From assembly GCA_038087875.1 (NCBI GenBank), contig JAXLNO010000201.1:1-64000 (forward strand): 64,000 nt of DNA. Reading direction: 5' to 3'. This stretch comes from Malacoraja senta (Eukaryota). Of this stretch, positions 1-13,875 are shown in pieces. The translations under genes were made by a program, and so were the position numbers. The notes below the pieces were generated by a model that was not told the origin of the DNA, made no database searches, and saw only the letters and a program-made list of their open reading frames with translations. The stretch's first letter is position 1. Every line of letters starts with the position of its first letter.

Positions 1-3000
1 GGATTTGTGGCGAGGATGCCGGATTTGTGGCGACCTTGTCGGATTTATTGCGACCTTGCCGGAAATATGGCGACCTTGCCGGATTTGTGGCGACCTTGCC
101 GGAAATATGGCGACCTTGCCGGAAATGTGGCGACCATGCCGGATTTGTGGCGACCTTGCCGGATTTATGGCGTCCTTGCCGGCACTGTGGCGACCTCGCC
201 GGACTTGTGGCGACCTTGCCGGATTCATGGCGACCTTGCCGGAAATGTGGAGACCTTGCCGGATTTGTGGCGAGGATGCCGGATTTGTGGCGACCTTGTC
301 GGATTTATTGCGACCTTGCCGGAAATATGGCGACCTTGCCGGATTTGTGGCGACCTTGCCGGAAATATGGCGACCTTGCCGGAAATGTGGCGACCATGCC
401 GGATTTGTGGCGACCTTGCCGGATTTATGGCGTCCTTGCTGGAAATGGTGCGACCTTGCCGGATTTATGGCGACCTTGTCGGATTTGAGACGACCTTGCC
501 GGATTTATAGCGGCGTTGCCGGAAATGATGCGAACTTGCCTGAAATGTGGCGACCTTGACGGATTTGTGGCGACCTTACCGGATTTATGGCGACCTTGCC
601 GGGGATGTGCCGACCTTGCCGTATTTGTTGCGACCTTGCAGTATTTATGGCGACCTTGCCGCAAATGTGTTGACCTTGCCGGATTTGTGGCGACCTTGCC
701 GGATTTATGGCGACCTTGCCGGATTTATGGCTACCTTGATTGAATTGTGGCGACCTTGCCGGATTTGTCGCCACCTTGCCGGATTTGTGGCGACCTTGCC
801 CGATTTATGGCGACCTTGCCGGAAAATGGCGACATTGCCGGATTTGTGCCGACCTTGCCGGAAATATGGCGACCTTGCCGGATTTTTGGCGACCTTCACG
901 GATTTATGGCGACCTTGCCGGAAATATGGCTACCTTGCCGCATTTGTGCAGACTTTGCCGGATTCATGGCGACCTTGCCTGATTTATGGCGACCTTGCCG
1001 GATTTATGGCGTCCTTGCCGGCACTGTGGCGACCTCGCCGGACTTGTGGCGACCTTGCCGGATTCATGGCGACCTTGCCGGAAATGTGGTAACCTTGCCG
1101 GATTTATGGCGACGATGCCGGATTTATGGCGACCTTGCTGGAATGTTGCGACCTTGCTGGATTTGTGGCGACCTTGCCGAATTGATGGCTACCTTGATTG
1201 AAATGTGGCGACCCTGCCGGATTTGTCGCCACCTTGCCGGATTTGTCGCCACTTTGCCGGATTTGTGACGACCTTGCCGGATTTATGGCGACCTTGCCGG
1301 AAATATGGCGACCTTGCCGGATTTGTGGCGACCTTGCCGGAAATATGGCGACCTTGCCGGAAATGTGGCGACCTTGCCGGATTTGTGGCGACCTTGCCGG
1401 ATTTATGGCTACCTTGATTGAAATGTGGCGACCTTGCCGGATTTGTGGCGACCTTGCCGCATTTATGGCGACCTTGCCGGAAAATGGCGACATTGCCGGA
1501 TTTGTGGCGACGTTGCCGGAAATATGGCGACCTTGCCGGATTTTTGGCGACCTTCATGGATTTATGGCGACCTTGCCGGAAATTTGGCGACCTTGCCGGA
1601 TTTGTGGCGACTTTGCCGGATTCATGGCGACCTTGCCGGAACTATGGCGACCTTGTCGGATTTGTGGCGACCTTGGCCGATTTGTTGCGACCTTGCCGGA
1701 AATATGGCGACCTTGCCGCACTTGTGGCGACCTTGCCGGATTTATGGCGACCTTGCCAGAAATATGCCGACCTTGCCGCATTTGTGCCGACTTTGCCTGA
1801 TTTATGGCGACCCTGCCGGATTCATGGCGACCTTGCCGGAAATGTGGTGACCTTGCCGGATTTGTGGCGAGGATGCCGAATTTGTGGCGACCTTGTCGGA
1901 TTTATTGCGACCTTGCCGGAAATATGGCGACCTTGCCGGATTTGTGGCGACCTTGCCGGAAATATGGCGACCTTGCCGGAAATGTGGCGACCATGCCGGA
2001 TTTGTGGCGACCTTGCCGGATTTATGGCGTCCTTGCCGGCACTGTGGCGACCTCGCCGGACTTGTGGCGACCTTGCCGGATTCATGGCGACCTTGCCGGA
2101 AATGTGGAGACCTTGCCGGATTTGTGGCGAGGATGCCGGATTTGTGGCGACCTTGTCGGATTTATTGCGACCTTGCCGGAAATATGGCGACCTTGCCGGA
2201 TTTGTGGCGACCTTGCCGGAAATATGGCGACCTTGCCGGAAATGTGGCGACCTTGTCGGATTTGTGGCGACCTGGCCGGATTTATGGCGCCCTTGCCGGA
2301 AATGTGGCGACCTTGCCGGATTTATGGCGACCTTGCCGGATTTATGGCGACCTTGCCGCACTTGTGGCGACCTTGCCGGATTTATGGCGACCTTGCCAGA
2401 AATATGCCGACCTTGCCGCATTTGTGCAGACTTTGCCTGATTTATGGCGACCTTGCCGGATTTATGGCGCCCTTGCCGGCACTGTGGCGACCTCGCCGGA
2501 CTTGTGGCGACCTTGCCGGATTCATGGCGACCTTGCCGGAAATGTGGTGACCTTGCCGGATTTGTGGCGAGGATGCCGGATTTGTGGCGACCTTGTTGGA
2601 TTTATTGCGACCTTGCCGGAAATATGGCGACCTTGCCGGAATTGTGGCGACCTTGCCGGAAATATGGCGACCTTGCCGGAAATGTGGCGACCATGCCGGA
2701 TTTGTGGCGACCTTGCCGGATTTATGGCGTCCTTGCTGGAAATGGTGCGACCTTGCCGGATTTATGGCGACCTTGTCGGATTTGAGACGACCTTGCCGGA
2801 TTTATAGCGGCGTTGCCGGAAATGCGGCGACCTTGCCTGAAATGTGGCGACCTTGACGGATTTGTGGCGACCTTGCCGGATTTATGGCGACCTTGCCGGG
2901 GATGTGGCGACCTTGCCGTATTTGTTGCGACCTTGCAGGATTTATGGCGACCTTGCCGCAAATGTGGTGACCTTGCCGGATTTGTGGCGACCTTGCCGGA

Positions 3001-6000
3001 TTTATGGCGACCTTGCCGGATTTATGGCTACCTTGATTGAAATGTGGCGACCTTGCCGGATTTGTCGCCACTTTGCCGGATTTGTGGCGACCTTGCCGGA
3101 TTTATGGCGACCTTGCCGGAAAATGGCGACATTGCCGGATTTCTGGCGACCTTGCCGGAAATATGGCGACCTTGCCGGGATTTTTGGCGACCTTCACGGA
3201 TTTATGGCGACCTTGCCGGAAATATGGCTACCTTGCCGGATTTGTGGCGACTTTGCCGGATTCATGGCGACCTTGCCTGATTTATGGCGACCTTGCCGGA
3301 TTTATGTCGTCCTTGCCGGCACTGTGGCGACCTCGCCGGACTTGTGGCGACCTTGCCGGATTCATGGCGACCTTGCCGGAAATGTGGTGACCTTGCCGGA
3401 TTTATGGCGACGATGCCGGATTTATGGCGACCTTGCTGGAATGTTGCGACCTTGCTGGATTTGTGGCGACCTTGCCGAATTGATGGCTACCTTGATTGAA
3501 ATGTGGCGACCTTGCCGGATTTGTCGCCACCTTGCCGGATTTGTCGCCACTTTGCCGGATTTGTGACGACCTTGCCGGATTTATGGCGACCTTGCCGGAA
3601 ATATGGCGACCTTGCCGGATTTGTGGCGACCTTGCCGGTAGTATGGCGACCTTGCCGGAAATGTGGCGACCTTGCCGGATTTGTGGCGACCTTGCCGGAT
3701 TTATGGCTACCTTGATTGAAATGTGGCGACCTTGCCGGATTTGTGGCGACCTTGCCGGATTTATGGCGACCTTGCCGGAAAATGGCGACATTGCCGGATT
3801 TGTGGCGACGTTGCCGGAAATATGGCGACCTTGCCGGATTTTTGGCGACCTTCATGGATTTATGGCGACGTTGCCGGAAATTTGGCGACCTTGCCGGATT
3901 TGTGGCGACTTTGCCGGATTCATGGCGACCTTGCCGGAACTATGGCGACCTTGTCGGATTTGTGGCGACCTTGGCCGATTTGTTGCGACCTTGCCGGAAA
4001 TATGGCGACCTTGCCGCACTTGTGTCGACCTTGCCGGATTTATGGCGACCTTGCCAGAAATATGCCGACCTTGCCGCATTTGTGCCGACTTTGCCTGATT
4101 TATGGCGACCCTGCCGGATTCATGGCGACCTTGCCGGAAATGTGGTGACCTTGCCGGAATTGTGGCGAGGATGCCGGATTTGTGGCGACCTTGTCGGATT
4201 TATTGCGACCTTGCCGGAAATATGGCGACCTTGCCGGATTTGTGGCGACCTTGCCGGAAATATGGCGACCTTGCCGGAAATGTGGCGACCTTGTCGGATT
4301 TGTGGCGACCTGGCCGGATTTATGGCGCCCTTGCCGGAAATGTGGCGACCTTGCCGGATTTATGGCGACCTTGTCGGATTTGTGACGACCTTGCCGGATT
4401 TATGGCGACGTTGCCGGAAATGCGGCGACCTTGCCTGATTTGTTGCGACCTTGCCGGAAATATGGCGACCTTGCCGCACTTGTGGCGACCTTGCCGGATT
4501 TATGGCGACCTTGCCAGAAATATGCCGACCTTGCCGCATTTGTGCAGACTTTGCCTGATTTATGGCGACCTTGCCGGATTTATGGCGCCCTTGCCGGCAC
4601 TGTGGCGACCTCGCCGGACTTGTGGCGACCTTGCCGGATTCATGGCGACCTTGCCGGAAATGTGGTGACCTTGCCGGATTTGTGGCGAGGATGCCGGATT
4701 TGTGGCGACCTTGTTGGATTTATTGCGACCTTGCCGGAAATATGGCGACCTTGCCGGATTTGTGGCGACCTTGCCGGAAATATGGCGACCTTGCCGGAAA
4801 TGTGGCGACCATGCCGGATTTGTGGCGACCTTGCCGGATTTATGGCGTCCTTGCTGGAAATGGTGCGACCTTGCCGGATTTATGGCGACCTTGTCGGATT
4901 TGAGACGACCTTGCCGGATTTATAGCGGCGTTGCCGGAAATGCGGCGACCTTGCCTGAAATGTGGCGACCTTGACGGATTTGTGGCGACCTTGCCGGATT
5001 TATGGCGACCTTGCCGGGGATGTGGCGACCTTGCCGTATTTGTTGCGACCTTGCAGGATTTATGGCGACCTTGCCGCAAATGTGGTGACCTTGCCGGATT
5101 TGTGGCGACCTTGCCGGATTTATGGCGACCTTGCCGGATTTATGGCTACCTTGATTGAAATGTGGCGACCTTCCCGGACTTGTCGCCACTTTGCCGGATT
5201 TGTGGCGACCTTGCCGGATTTATGGCGACCTTGCCGGAAAATGGCGACATTGCCGCATTTGTGGCGACCTTGCCGGATATATGGCGACCTTGCCGGATTT
5301 TTGGCGACCTTCACGGATTTATGGCGACCTTGCCGGAAATGTGGCTACCTTGCCGGATTTGTGGCGACTTTGCCGGATTCATGGCGACCTTGCCTGATTT
5401 ATGGCGACCTTGCCGGATTTATGTCGTCCTTGCCGGCACTGTGGCGACCTCGCCGGACTTGTGGCGACCTTGCCGGATTCATGGCGACCTTGCCGGAAAT
5501 GTGGTGACCTTGCCGGATTTATGGCGACGATGCCGGATTTATGGCGACCTTGCTGGAATGTTGCGACCTTGCTGGATTTGTGGCGACCTTGCCGAATTGA
5601 TGGCTACCTTGATTGAAATGTGGCGACCTTGCCGGATTTGTCGCCACCTTGCCGGATTTGTCGCCACTTTGCCGGATTTGTGACGACCTTGCCGGATTTA
5701 TGGCGACCTTGCCGGAAATATGGCGACCTTTCCGGATTTGTGGCGACCTTGCCGGAAATATGGCGACCTTGCCGGAAATGTGGCGACCTTGCCGGATTTG
5801 TGGCGACCTTGCCGGATTTATGGCTACCTTGATTGAAATGTGGCGACCATGCCGGATTTGTGGCGACCTTGCCGGATTTATGGCGACCTTGCCGGAAAAT
5901 GGCGACATTGCCGGATTTGTGGCGACGTTGCCGGAAATATGGCGACCTTGCCGGATTTTTGGCGACCTTCATGGATTTATGGCGACCTTGCCGGAAATTT

Positions 6001-9000
6001 GGCGACCTTGCCGGATTTGTGGCGACTTTGCCGGATTCATGGCGACCTTGCCGGAACTATGGCGACCTTGTCGGATTTGTGGCGCCCTTGGCCGATTTGT
6101 TGCGACCTTGCCGGAAATATGGCGACCTTGCCGCACTTGTGGCGACCTTGCCGGATTTATGGCGACCTTGCCAGAAATATGCCGACCTTGCCGCATTTGT
6201 GCCGACTTTGCCTGATTTATGGCGACCCTGCCGGATTCATGGCGACCTTGCCGGAAATGTGGTGACCTTGCCGGAATTGTGGCGAGGATGCCGGATTTGT
6301 GGCGACCTTGTCGGATTTATTGCGACCTTGCCGGAAATATGGCGACCTTGCCGGATTTGTGGCGACCTTGCCGGAAATATGGCGACCTTGCCGGAAATGT
6401 GGCGACCATGCCGGATTTGTGGCGACCTTGCCGGATTTATGGCGTCCTTGCTGGAAATGGTGCGACCTTGCCGGATTTATGGCGACCTTGTCGGATTTGA
6501 GACGACCTTGCCGGATTTATAGCGGCGTTGCCGGAAATGATGCGACCTTGCCTGAAATGTGGCGACCTTGACGGATTTGTGGCGACCTTGCCGGATTTAT
6601 GGCGACCTTGCCGGGGATGTGCCGACCTTGCCGTATTTGTTGCGACCTTGCAGGATTTATGGCGACCTTGCCGCAAATGTGTTGACCTTGCCGGATTTGT
6701 GGCGACCTTGCCGGATTTATGGCGACCTTGCCGGATTTATGGCTACCTTGATTGAATTGTGGCGACCTTGCCGGATTTGTCGCCACCTTGCCGGATTTGT
6801 GGCGACCTTGCCCGATTTATGGCGACCTTGCCGGAAAATGGCGACATTGCCGGATTTGTGGCGACCTTGCCGGAAATATGGCGACCTTGCCGGATTTTTG
6901 GCGACCTTCACGGATTTATGGCGACCTTGCCGGAAATATGGCTACCTTGCCGCATTTGTGCAGACTTTGCCGGATTCATGGCGACCTTGCCTGATTTATG
7001 GCGACCTTGCCGGATTTATGGCGTCCTTGCCGGCACTGTGGCGACCTCGCCGGACTTGTGGCGACCTTGCCGGATTCATGGCGACCTTGCCGGAAATGTG
7101 GTGACCTTGCCGGATTTATGGCGACGATGCCGGATTTATGGCGACCTTGCTGGAATGTTGCGACCTTGCTGGATTTGTGGCGATCTTGCCGAATTGATGG
7201 CTACCTTGATTGAAATGTGGCGACCTTGCCGGATTTGTCGCCACCTTGCCGGATTTGTCGCCACTTTGCCGGATTTGTGACGATCTTGCCGGATTTATGG
7301 CGACCTTGCCGGAAATATGGCGACCTTGCCGGATTTGTGGCGACCTTGCCGGAAATATGGCGACCTTGCCGGAAATGTGGCGACCTTGCCGGATTCATGG
7401 CGACCTTGCCTGATTTATGGCGACCTTGCCGGATTTATGTCGTCCTTGCCGGCACTGTGGCGACCTCGCCGGACTTGTGGCGACCTTGCCGGATTCATGG
7501 CGACCTTGCCGGAAATGTGGTGACCTTGCCGGATTTATGGCGACGATGCCGGATTTATGGCGACCTTGCTGGAATGTTGCGACCTTGCTGGATTTGTGGC
7601 GACCTTGCCGAATTGATGGCTACCTTGATTGAAATGTGGCGACCTTGCCGGATTTGTCGCCACCTTGCCGGATTTGTCGCCACTTTGCCGGATTTGTGAC
7701 GACCTTGCCGGATTTATGGCGACCTTGCCGGAAATATGGCGACCTTGCCGGATTTGTGGCGACCTTGCCGGAAATATGGCGACCTTGCCGGAAATGTGGC
7801 GACCTTGCCGGATTTGTGGCGACCTTGCCGGATTTATGGCTACCTTGATTGAAATGTGGCGACCTTGCCGGATTTGTGGCGACCTTGCCGGATTTATGGC
7901 GACCTTGCCGGAAAATGGCGACATTGCCGGATTTGTGGCGCGTTGCCGGAAATATGGCGACTTTGCCGGATTTTTGGCGACCTTCATGGATTTATGGCGA
8001 CCTTGCCGGAAATTTGGCGACCTTGCCGGATTTGTGGCGACTTTGCCGGATTCATGGCGACCTTGCCGGAACTATGGCGACCTTGTCGGATTTGTGGCGC
8101 CCTTGGCCGATTTGTTGCGACCTTGCCGGAAATATGGCGACCTTGCCGCACTTGTGGCGACCTTGCCGGATTTATGGCGACCTTGCCAGAAATATGCCGA
8201 CCTTGCCGCATTTGTGCCGACTTTGCCTGATTTATGGCGACCCTGTCGGATTCATGGCGACCTTGCCGGAAATGTGGTGACCTTGCCGGAATTGTGGCGA
8301 GGATGCCGGATTTGTGGCGACCTTGTCGGATTTATTGCGACCTTGCCGGAAATATGGCGACCTTGCCGGATTTGTGGCGACCTTGCCGGAAATATGGCGA
8401 CCTTGCCGGAAATGTGGCGACCATGCCGGATTTGTGGCGACCTTGCCGGATTTATGGCGTCCTTGCTGGAAATGGTGCGACCTTGCCGGATTTATGGCGA
8501 CCTTGTCGGATTTGAGACGACCTTGCCGGATTTATAGCGGCGTTGCCGGAAATGATGCGACCTTGCCTGAAATGTGGCGACCTTGACGGATTTGTGGCGA
8601 CCTTGCCGGATTTATGGCGACCTTGCCGGGGATGTGCCGACCTTGCCGTATTTGTTGCGACCTTGCAGGATTTATGGCGACCTTGCCGCAAATGTGTTGA
8701 CCTGCCGGATTTGTGGCGACCTTGCCGGATTTATGGCGACCTTGCCGGATTTATGGCTACCTTGATTGAATTGTGGCGACCTTGCCGGATTTGTCGCCAC
8801 CTTGCCGGATTTGTGGCGACCTTGCCCGATTTATGGCGACCTTGCCGGAAAATGGCGACATTGCCGGATTTGTGGCGACCTTGCCGGAAATATGGCGACC
8901 TTGCCGGATTTTTGGCGACCTTCACGGATTTATGGCGACCTTGCCGGAAATATGGCTACCTTGCCGCATTTGTGCAGACTTTGCCGGATTCATGGCGACC

Positions 9001-12000
9001 TTGCCTGATTTTATGGCGACCTTGCCGGATTTATGGCGTCCTTGCCGGCACTGTGGCGACCTCGCCGGACTTGTGGCGACCTTGCCGGATTCATGGCGAC
9101 CTTGCCGGAAATGTGGTGACCTTGCCGGATTTATGGCGACGATGCCGGATTTATGGCGACCTTGCTGGAATGTTGCGACCTTGCTGGATTTGTGGCGATC
9201 TTGCCGAATTGATGGCTACCTTGATTGAAATGTGGCGACCTTGCCGGATTTGTCGCCACCTTGCCGGATTTGTCGCCACTTTGCCGGATTTGTGACGATC
9301 TTGCCGGATTTATGGCGACCTTGCCGGAAATATGGCGACCTTGCCGGATTTGTGGCGACCTTGCCGGAAATATGGCGACCTTGCCGGAAATGTGGCGACC
9401 TTGCCGGATTTGTGGCGACCTTGCCGGATTTATGGCTACCTTGATTGAAATGTGGCGACCTTGCCGGATTTGTGGCGACCTTGCCGCATTTATGGCGACG
9501 TTGCCGGAAAATGGCGACATTGCCGGATTTGTGGCGACCTTGCCGGAAATATGGCGACCTTGCCGGATTTTTGGCGACCTTCATGGATTTATGCCGACCT
9601 TGCCGGAAATATGGCTACCTTGCCGGATTTGTGGCTACTTTGCCGGATTCATGGCGACCTTGCCGGAACTATGGAGACCTTGTCGGATTTGTTGCGACCT
9701 TGGCCGATTTGTTGCGACCTTGCCGGAAATATGGCGACCTTGCCGCACTTGTGGCGACCTTGCCGGATTTATGGCGACCTTGCCAGAAATATGCCGACCT
9801 TGCCGCATTTGTGCCGACTTTGCCTGATTTATGGCGACCCTGCCGGATTCATGGCGACCTTGCCGGAAATATGGCGACCTTGCCGGATTTGTGGCGACCT
9901 TGCCGGAAATATGGCGACCTTGCCGGAAATGTGGCGACCATGCCGGATTTGTGGCGACCTTGCCGGATTTATGGCGTCCTTGCTGGAAATGGTGCGACCT
10001 TGCCGGATTTATGGCGACCTTGTCGGATTTGAGACGACCTTGCCGGATTTATGGCGGCGTTGCCGGAAATGCGGCGACCTTGCCTGAAATGTGGCGACCT
10101 TGACGGATTTGTGGCGACCTTGCCGGATTTATGGCGACCTTGCCGGGGATGTGGCGACCTTGCCGTATTTGTGGCGACCTTGCAGGATTTATGGCGACCT
10201 TGCCGCAAATATGGTGACCTTGCCGGATTTGTGGCGACCTTGCCGGATTTATGGCGACCTTGCCGGATTTATGGCTACCTTGATTGAAATGTGGCGACCT
10301 TGCCGGATTTGTCGCCACCTTGCCGGAATTGTGGTGACCTTGCCGGATTTATGGCGACCTTGCCGGAAAATGGCGACATTGCCGGATTTGTGGCGACCTT
10401 GCCGGAAATATGGCGACCTTGCCGGATTTTTGGCGACCTTCACGGATTTATGGCGACCTTGCCGGAAATATGGCTACCTTGCCGGATTTGTGGCGACTTT
10501 GCCGGATTCATGGCGACCTTGCCGGAACTATGGCGACCTTGTCGGATTTGTGGCGACCTTGGCCGATTTGTTGCGACCTTGCCGGAAATATGGCGACCTT
10601 GCCGCACTTGTGGCGACCTTGCCGGATTTATGGCGACCTTGCCAGAAATGTTGTGACCTTGCCGGATTTATGGCGACCTTGCCGGAAATATGGCGACCTT
10701 GCCGGATTTGTGGCGACCTTGCCGGAAATATGGCGACCTTGCCGGAAATGTGGCGACCTTGCCGGATTTGTGGCGACCTTGCCGGATTTATGGCTACCTT
10801 GATTGAAATGTGGCGACCTTGCCGGATTTGTGGCGACCTTGCCGGATTTATGGCGACCTTGCCGGAAAATGGCGACATTGCCGGATTTGTGGCGACGTTG
10901 CCGGAAATATGGCGACCTTGCCGGATTTTTGGCGACCTTCATGGATTTATGGCGACCTTGCCGGAAATTTGGCGACCTTGCCGGATTTGTGGCGACTTTG
11001 CCGGATTCATGGCGACCTTGCCGGAACTATGGCGACCTTGTCGGATTTGTGGCGCCCTTGGCCGATTTGTTGCGACCTTGCCGGAAATATGGCGACCTTG
11101 CCGCACTTGTGGCGACCTTGCCGGATTTATGGCGACCTTGCCAGAAATATGCCGACCTTGCCGCATTTGTGCCGACTTTGCCTGATTTATGGCGACCCTG
11201 CCGGATTCATGGCGACCTTGCCGGAAATGTGGTGACCTTGCCGGAATTGTGGCGAGGATGCCGGATTTGTGGCGACCTTGTCGGATTTATTGCGACCTTG
11301 CCGGAAATATGGCGACCTTGCCGGATTTGTGGCGACCTTGCCGGAAATATGGCGACCTTGCCGGAAATGTGGCGACCATGCCGGATTTGTGGCGACCTTG
11401 CCGGATTTATGGCGTCCTTGCCGGCACTGTGGCGACCTCGCCGGACTTGTGGCGACCTTGCCGGATTCATGGCGACCTTGCCGGAAATGTGGAGACCTTG
11501 CCGGATTTGTGGCGAGGATGCCGGATTTGTGGCGACCTTGTCGGGTTTATTGCGACCTTGCCGGAAATATGGCGACCTTGCCGGATTTGTGGCGACCTTG
11601 CCGGAAATATGGCGACCTTGCCGGAAATGTGGCGACCATGCCGGATTTGTGGCGACCTTGCCGGATTTATGGCGTCCTTGCTGGAAATGGTGCGACCTTG
11701 CCGGATTTATGGCGACCTTGTCGGATTTGAGACGACCTTGCCGGATTTATGGCGGCGTTGCCGGAAATGCGGCGACCTTGCCTGAAATGTGGCGACCTTG
11801 ACGGATTTGTGGCGACCTTGCCGGATTTATGGCGACCTTGCCGGGGATGTGGCGACCTTGCCGTATTTGTGGCGACCTTGCAGGATTTATGGCGACCTTG
11901 CCGCAAATGTGTTGACCTTGCCGGATTTGTGGCGACCTTGCCGGATTTATGGCGACCTTGCCGGATTTATGGCTACCTTGATTGAATTGTGGCGACCTTG

Positions 12001-13875
12001 CCGGATTTGTCGCCACCTTGCCGGATTTGTGGCGACCTTGCCCGATTTATGGCGACCTTGCCGGAAAATGGCGACATTGCCGGATTTGTGGCGACCTTGC
12101 CGGAAATATGGCGACCTTGCCGGATTTTTGGCGACCTTCACGGATTTTATGGCGACCTTGCCGGAAATATGGCTACCTTGCCGCATTTGTGCAGACTTTG
12201 CCGGATTCATGGCGACCTTGCCTGATTTATGGCGACCTTGCCGGATTTATGGCGTCCTTGCCGGCACTGTGGCGACCTCGCCGGACTTGTGGCGACCTTG
12301 CCGGATTCATGGCGACCTTGCCGGAAATGTGGTGACCTTGCCGGATTTATGGCGACGATGCCGGATTTATGGCGACCTTGCTGGAATGTTGCGACCTTGC
12401 TGGATTTGTGGCGATCTTGCCGAATTGATGGCTACCTTGATTGAAATGTGGCGACCTTGCCGGATTTGTCGCCACCTTGCCGGATTTGTCGCCACTTTGC
12501 CGGATTTGTGACGACCTTGCCGGATTTATGGCGACCTTGCCGGAAATATGGCGACCTTGCCGGATTTGTGGCGACCTTGCCGGAAATATGGCGACCTTGC
12601 CGGAAATGTGGCGACCTTGCCGGATTTGTGGCGACCTTGCCGGATTTATGGCTACCTTGATTGAAATGTGGCGACCTTGCCGGATTTGTGGCGACCTTGC
12701 CGCATTTATGGCGACGTTGCCGGAAAATGGCGACATTGCCGGATTTGTGGCGACCTTGCCGGAAATATGGCGACCTTGCCGGATTTTTGGCGACCTTCAT
12801 GGATTTATGCCGACCTTGCCGGAAATATGGCTACCTTGCCGGATTTGTGGCTACTTTGCCGGATTCATGGCGACCTTGCCGGAACTATGGAGACCTTGTC
12901 GGATTTGTTGCGACCTTGGCCGATTTGTTGCGACCTTGCCGGAAATATGGCGACCTTGCCGCACTTGTGGCGACCTTGCCGGATTTATGGCGACCTTGCC
13001 AGAAATATGCCGACCTTGCCGCATTTGTGCCGACTTTGCCTGATTTATGGCGACCCTGCCGGATTCATGGCGACCTTGCCGGAAATATGGCGACCTTGCC
13101 GGATTTGTGGCGACCTTGCCGGAAATATGGCGACCTTGCCGGAAATGTGGCGACCATGCCGGATTTGTGGCGACCTTGCCGGATTTATGGCGTCCTTGCT
13201 GGAAATGGTGCGACCTTGCCGGATTTATGGCGACCTTGTCGGATTTGAGACGACCTTGCCGGATTTATGGCGGCGTTGCCGGAAATGCGGCGACCTTGCC
13301 TGAAATGTGGCGACCTTGACGGATTTGTGGCGACCTTGCCGGATTTATGGCGACCTTGCCGGGATGTGGCGACCTTGCCGTATTTGTGGCGACCTTGCAG
13401 GATTTATGGCGACCTTGCCGCAAATATGGTGACCTTGCCGGATTTGTGGCGACCTTGCCGGATTTATGGCGACCTTGCCGGATTTATGGCTACCTTGATT
13501 GAAATGTGGCGACCTTGCCGGATTTGTCGCCACCTTGCCGGAATTGTGGTGACCTTGCCGGATTTATGGCGACCTTGCCGGAAAATGGCGACATTGCCGG
13601 ATTTGTGGCGACCTTGCCGGAAATATGGCGACCTTGCCGGATTTTTGGCGACCTTCACGGATTTATGGCGACCTTGCCGGAAATATGGCTACCTTGCCGG
13701 ATTTGTGGCGACTTTGCCGGATTCATGGCGACCTTGCCGGAACTATGGCGACCTTGTCGGATTTGTGGCGACCTTGGCCGATTTGTTGCGACCTTGCCGG
13801 AAATATGGCGACCTTGCCGCACTTGTGGCGACCTTGCCGGATTTATGGCGACCTTGCCAGAAATGTTGTGACCTT
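1..13875 (+). repeat. Satellite domain A: irregular higher-order repeat (about 1.5-2.3 kb period, ~8 copies)
   Basis: The cassette 'gtccttgctggaaatggtgcgacc...tttgagacgacc...tat(a/g)gcggcgttgcc' recurs at ~505, 2802, 4920, 6517, 8532, 10049, 11747 and 13265 (spacings 2297, 2118, 1597, 2015, 1517, 1698, 1518). The 19-bp monomer GGAAAATGGCGACATTGCC was seen only in this domain. Confidence 0.85.
8600..13875 (+). repeat. Segmental duplication ~8600-10660 copied at ~11815-13875 (offset ~3216 bp)
   Basis: Shared private variants (tatgccgacc..gtggctactttgcc..ctatggagacc at ~9590-9680 and ~12806-12896; ccagaaatgttgtgacc at ~10643 and ~13858). Identical ORF translations at 9445..10032 and 12661..13248. 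Confidence 0.85.

Noticed and set aside
3171..13365. Single-base indels unique to one copy (e.g. ~3178, 7940, 8702, 9010, 12146, 13362) as biological events
   Set aside because: Most lie in short homopolymers and are absent from sister copies. They cannot be distinguished from long-read consensus errors without reads.
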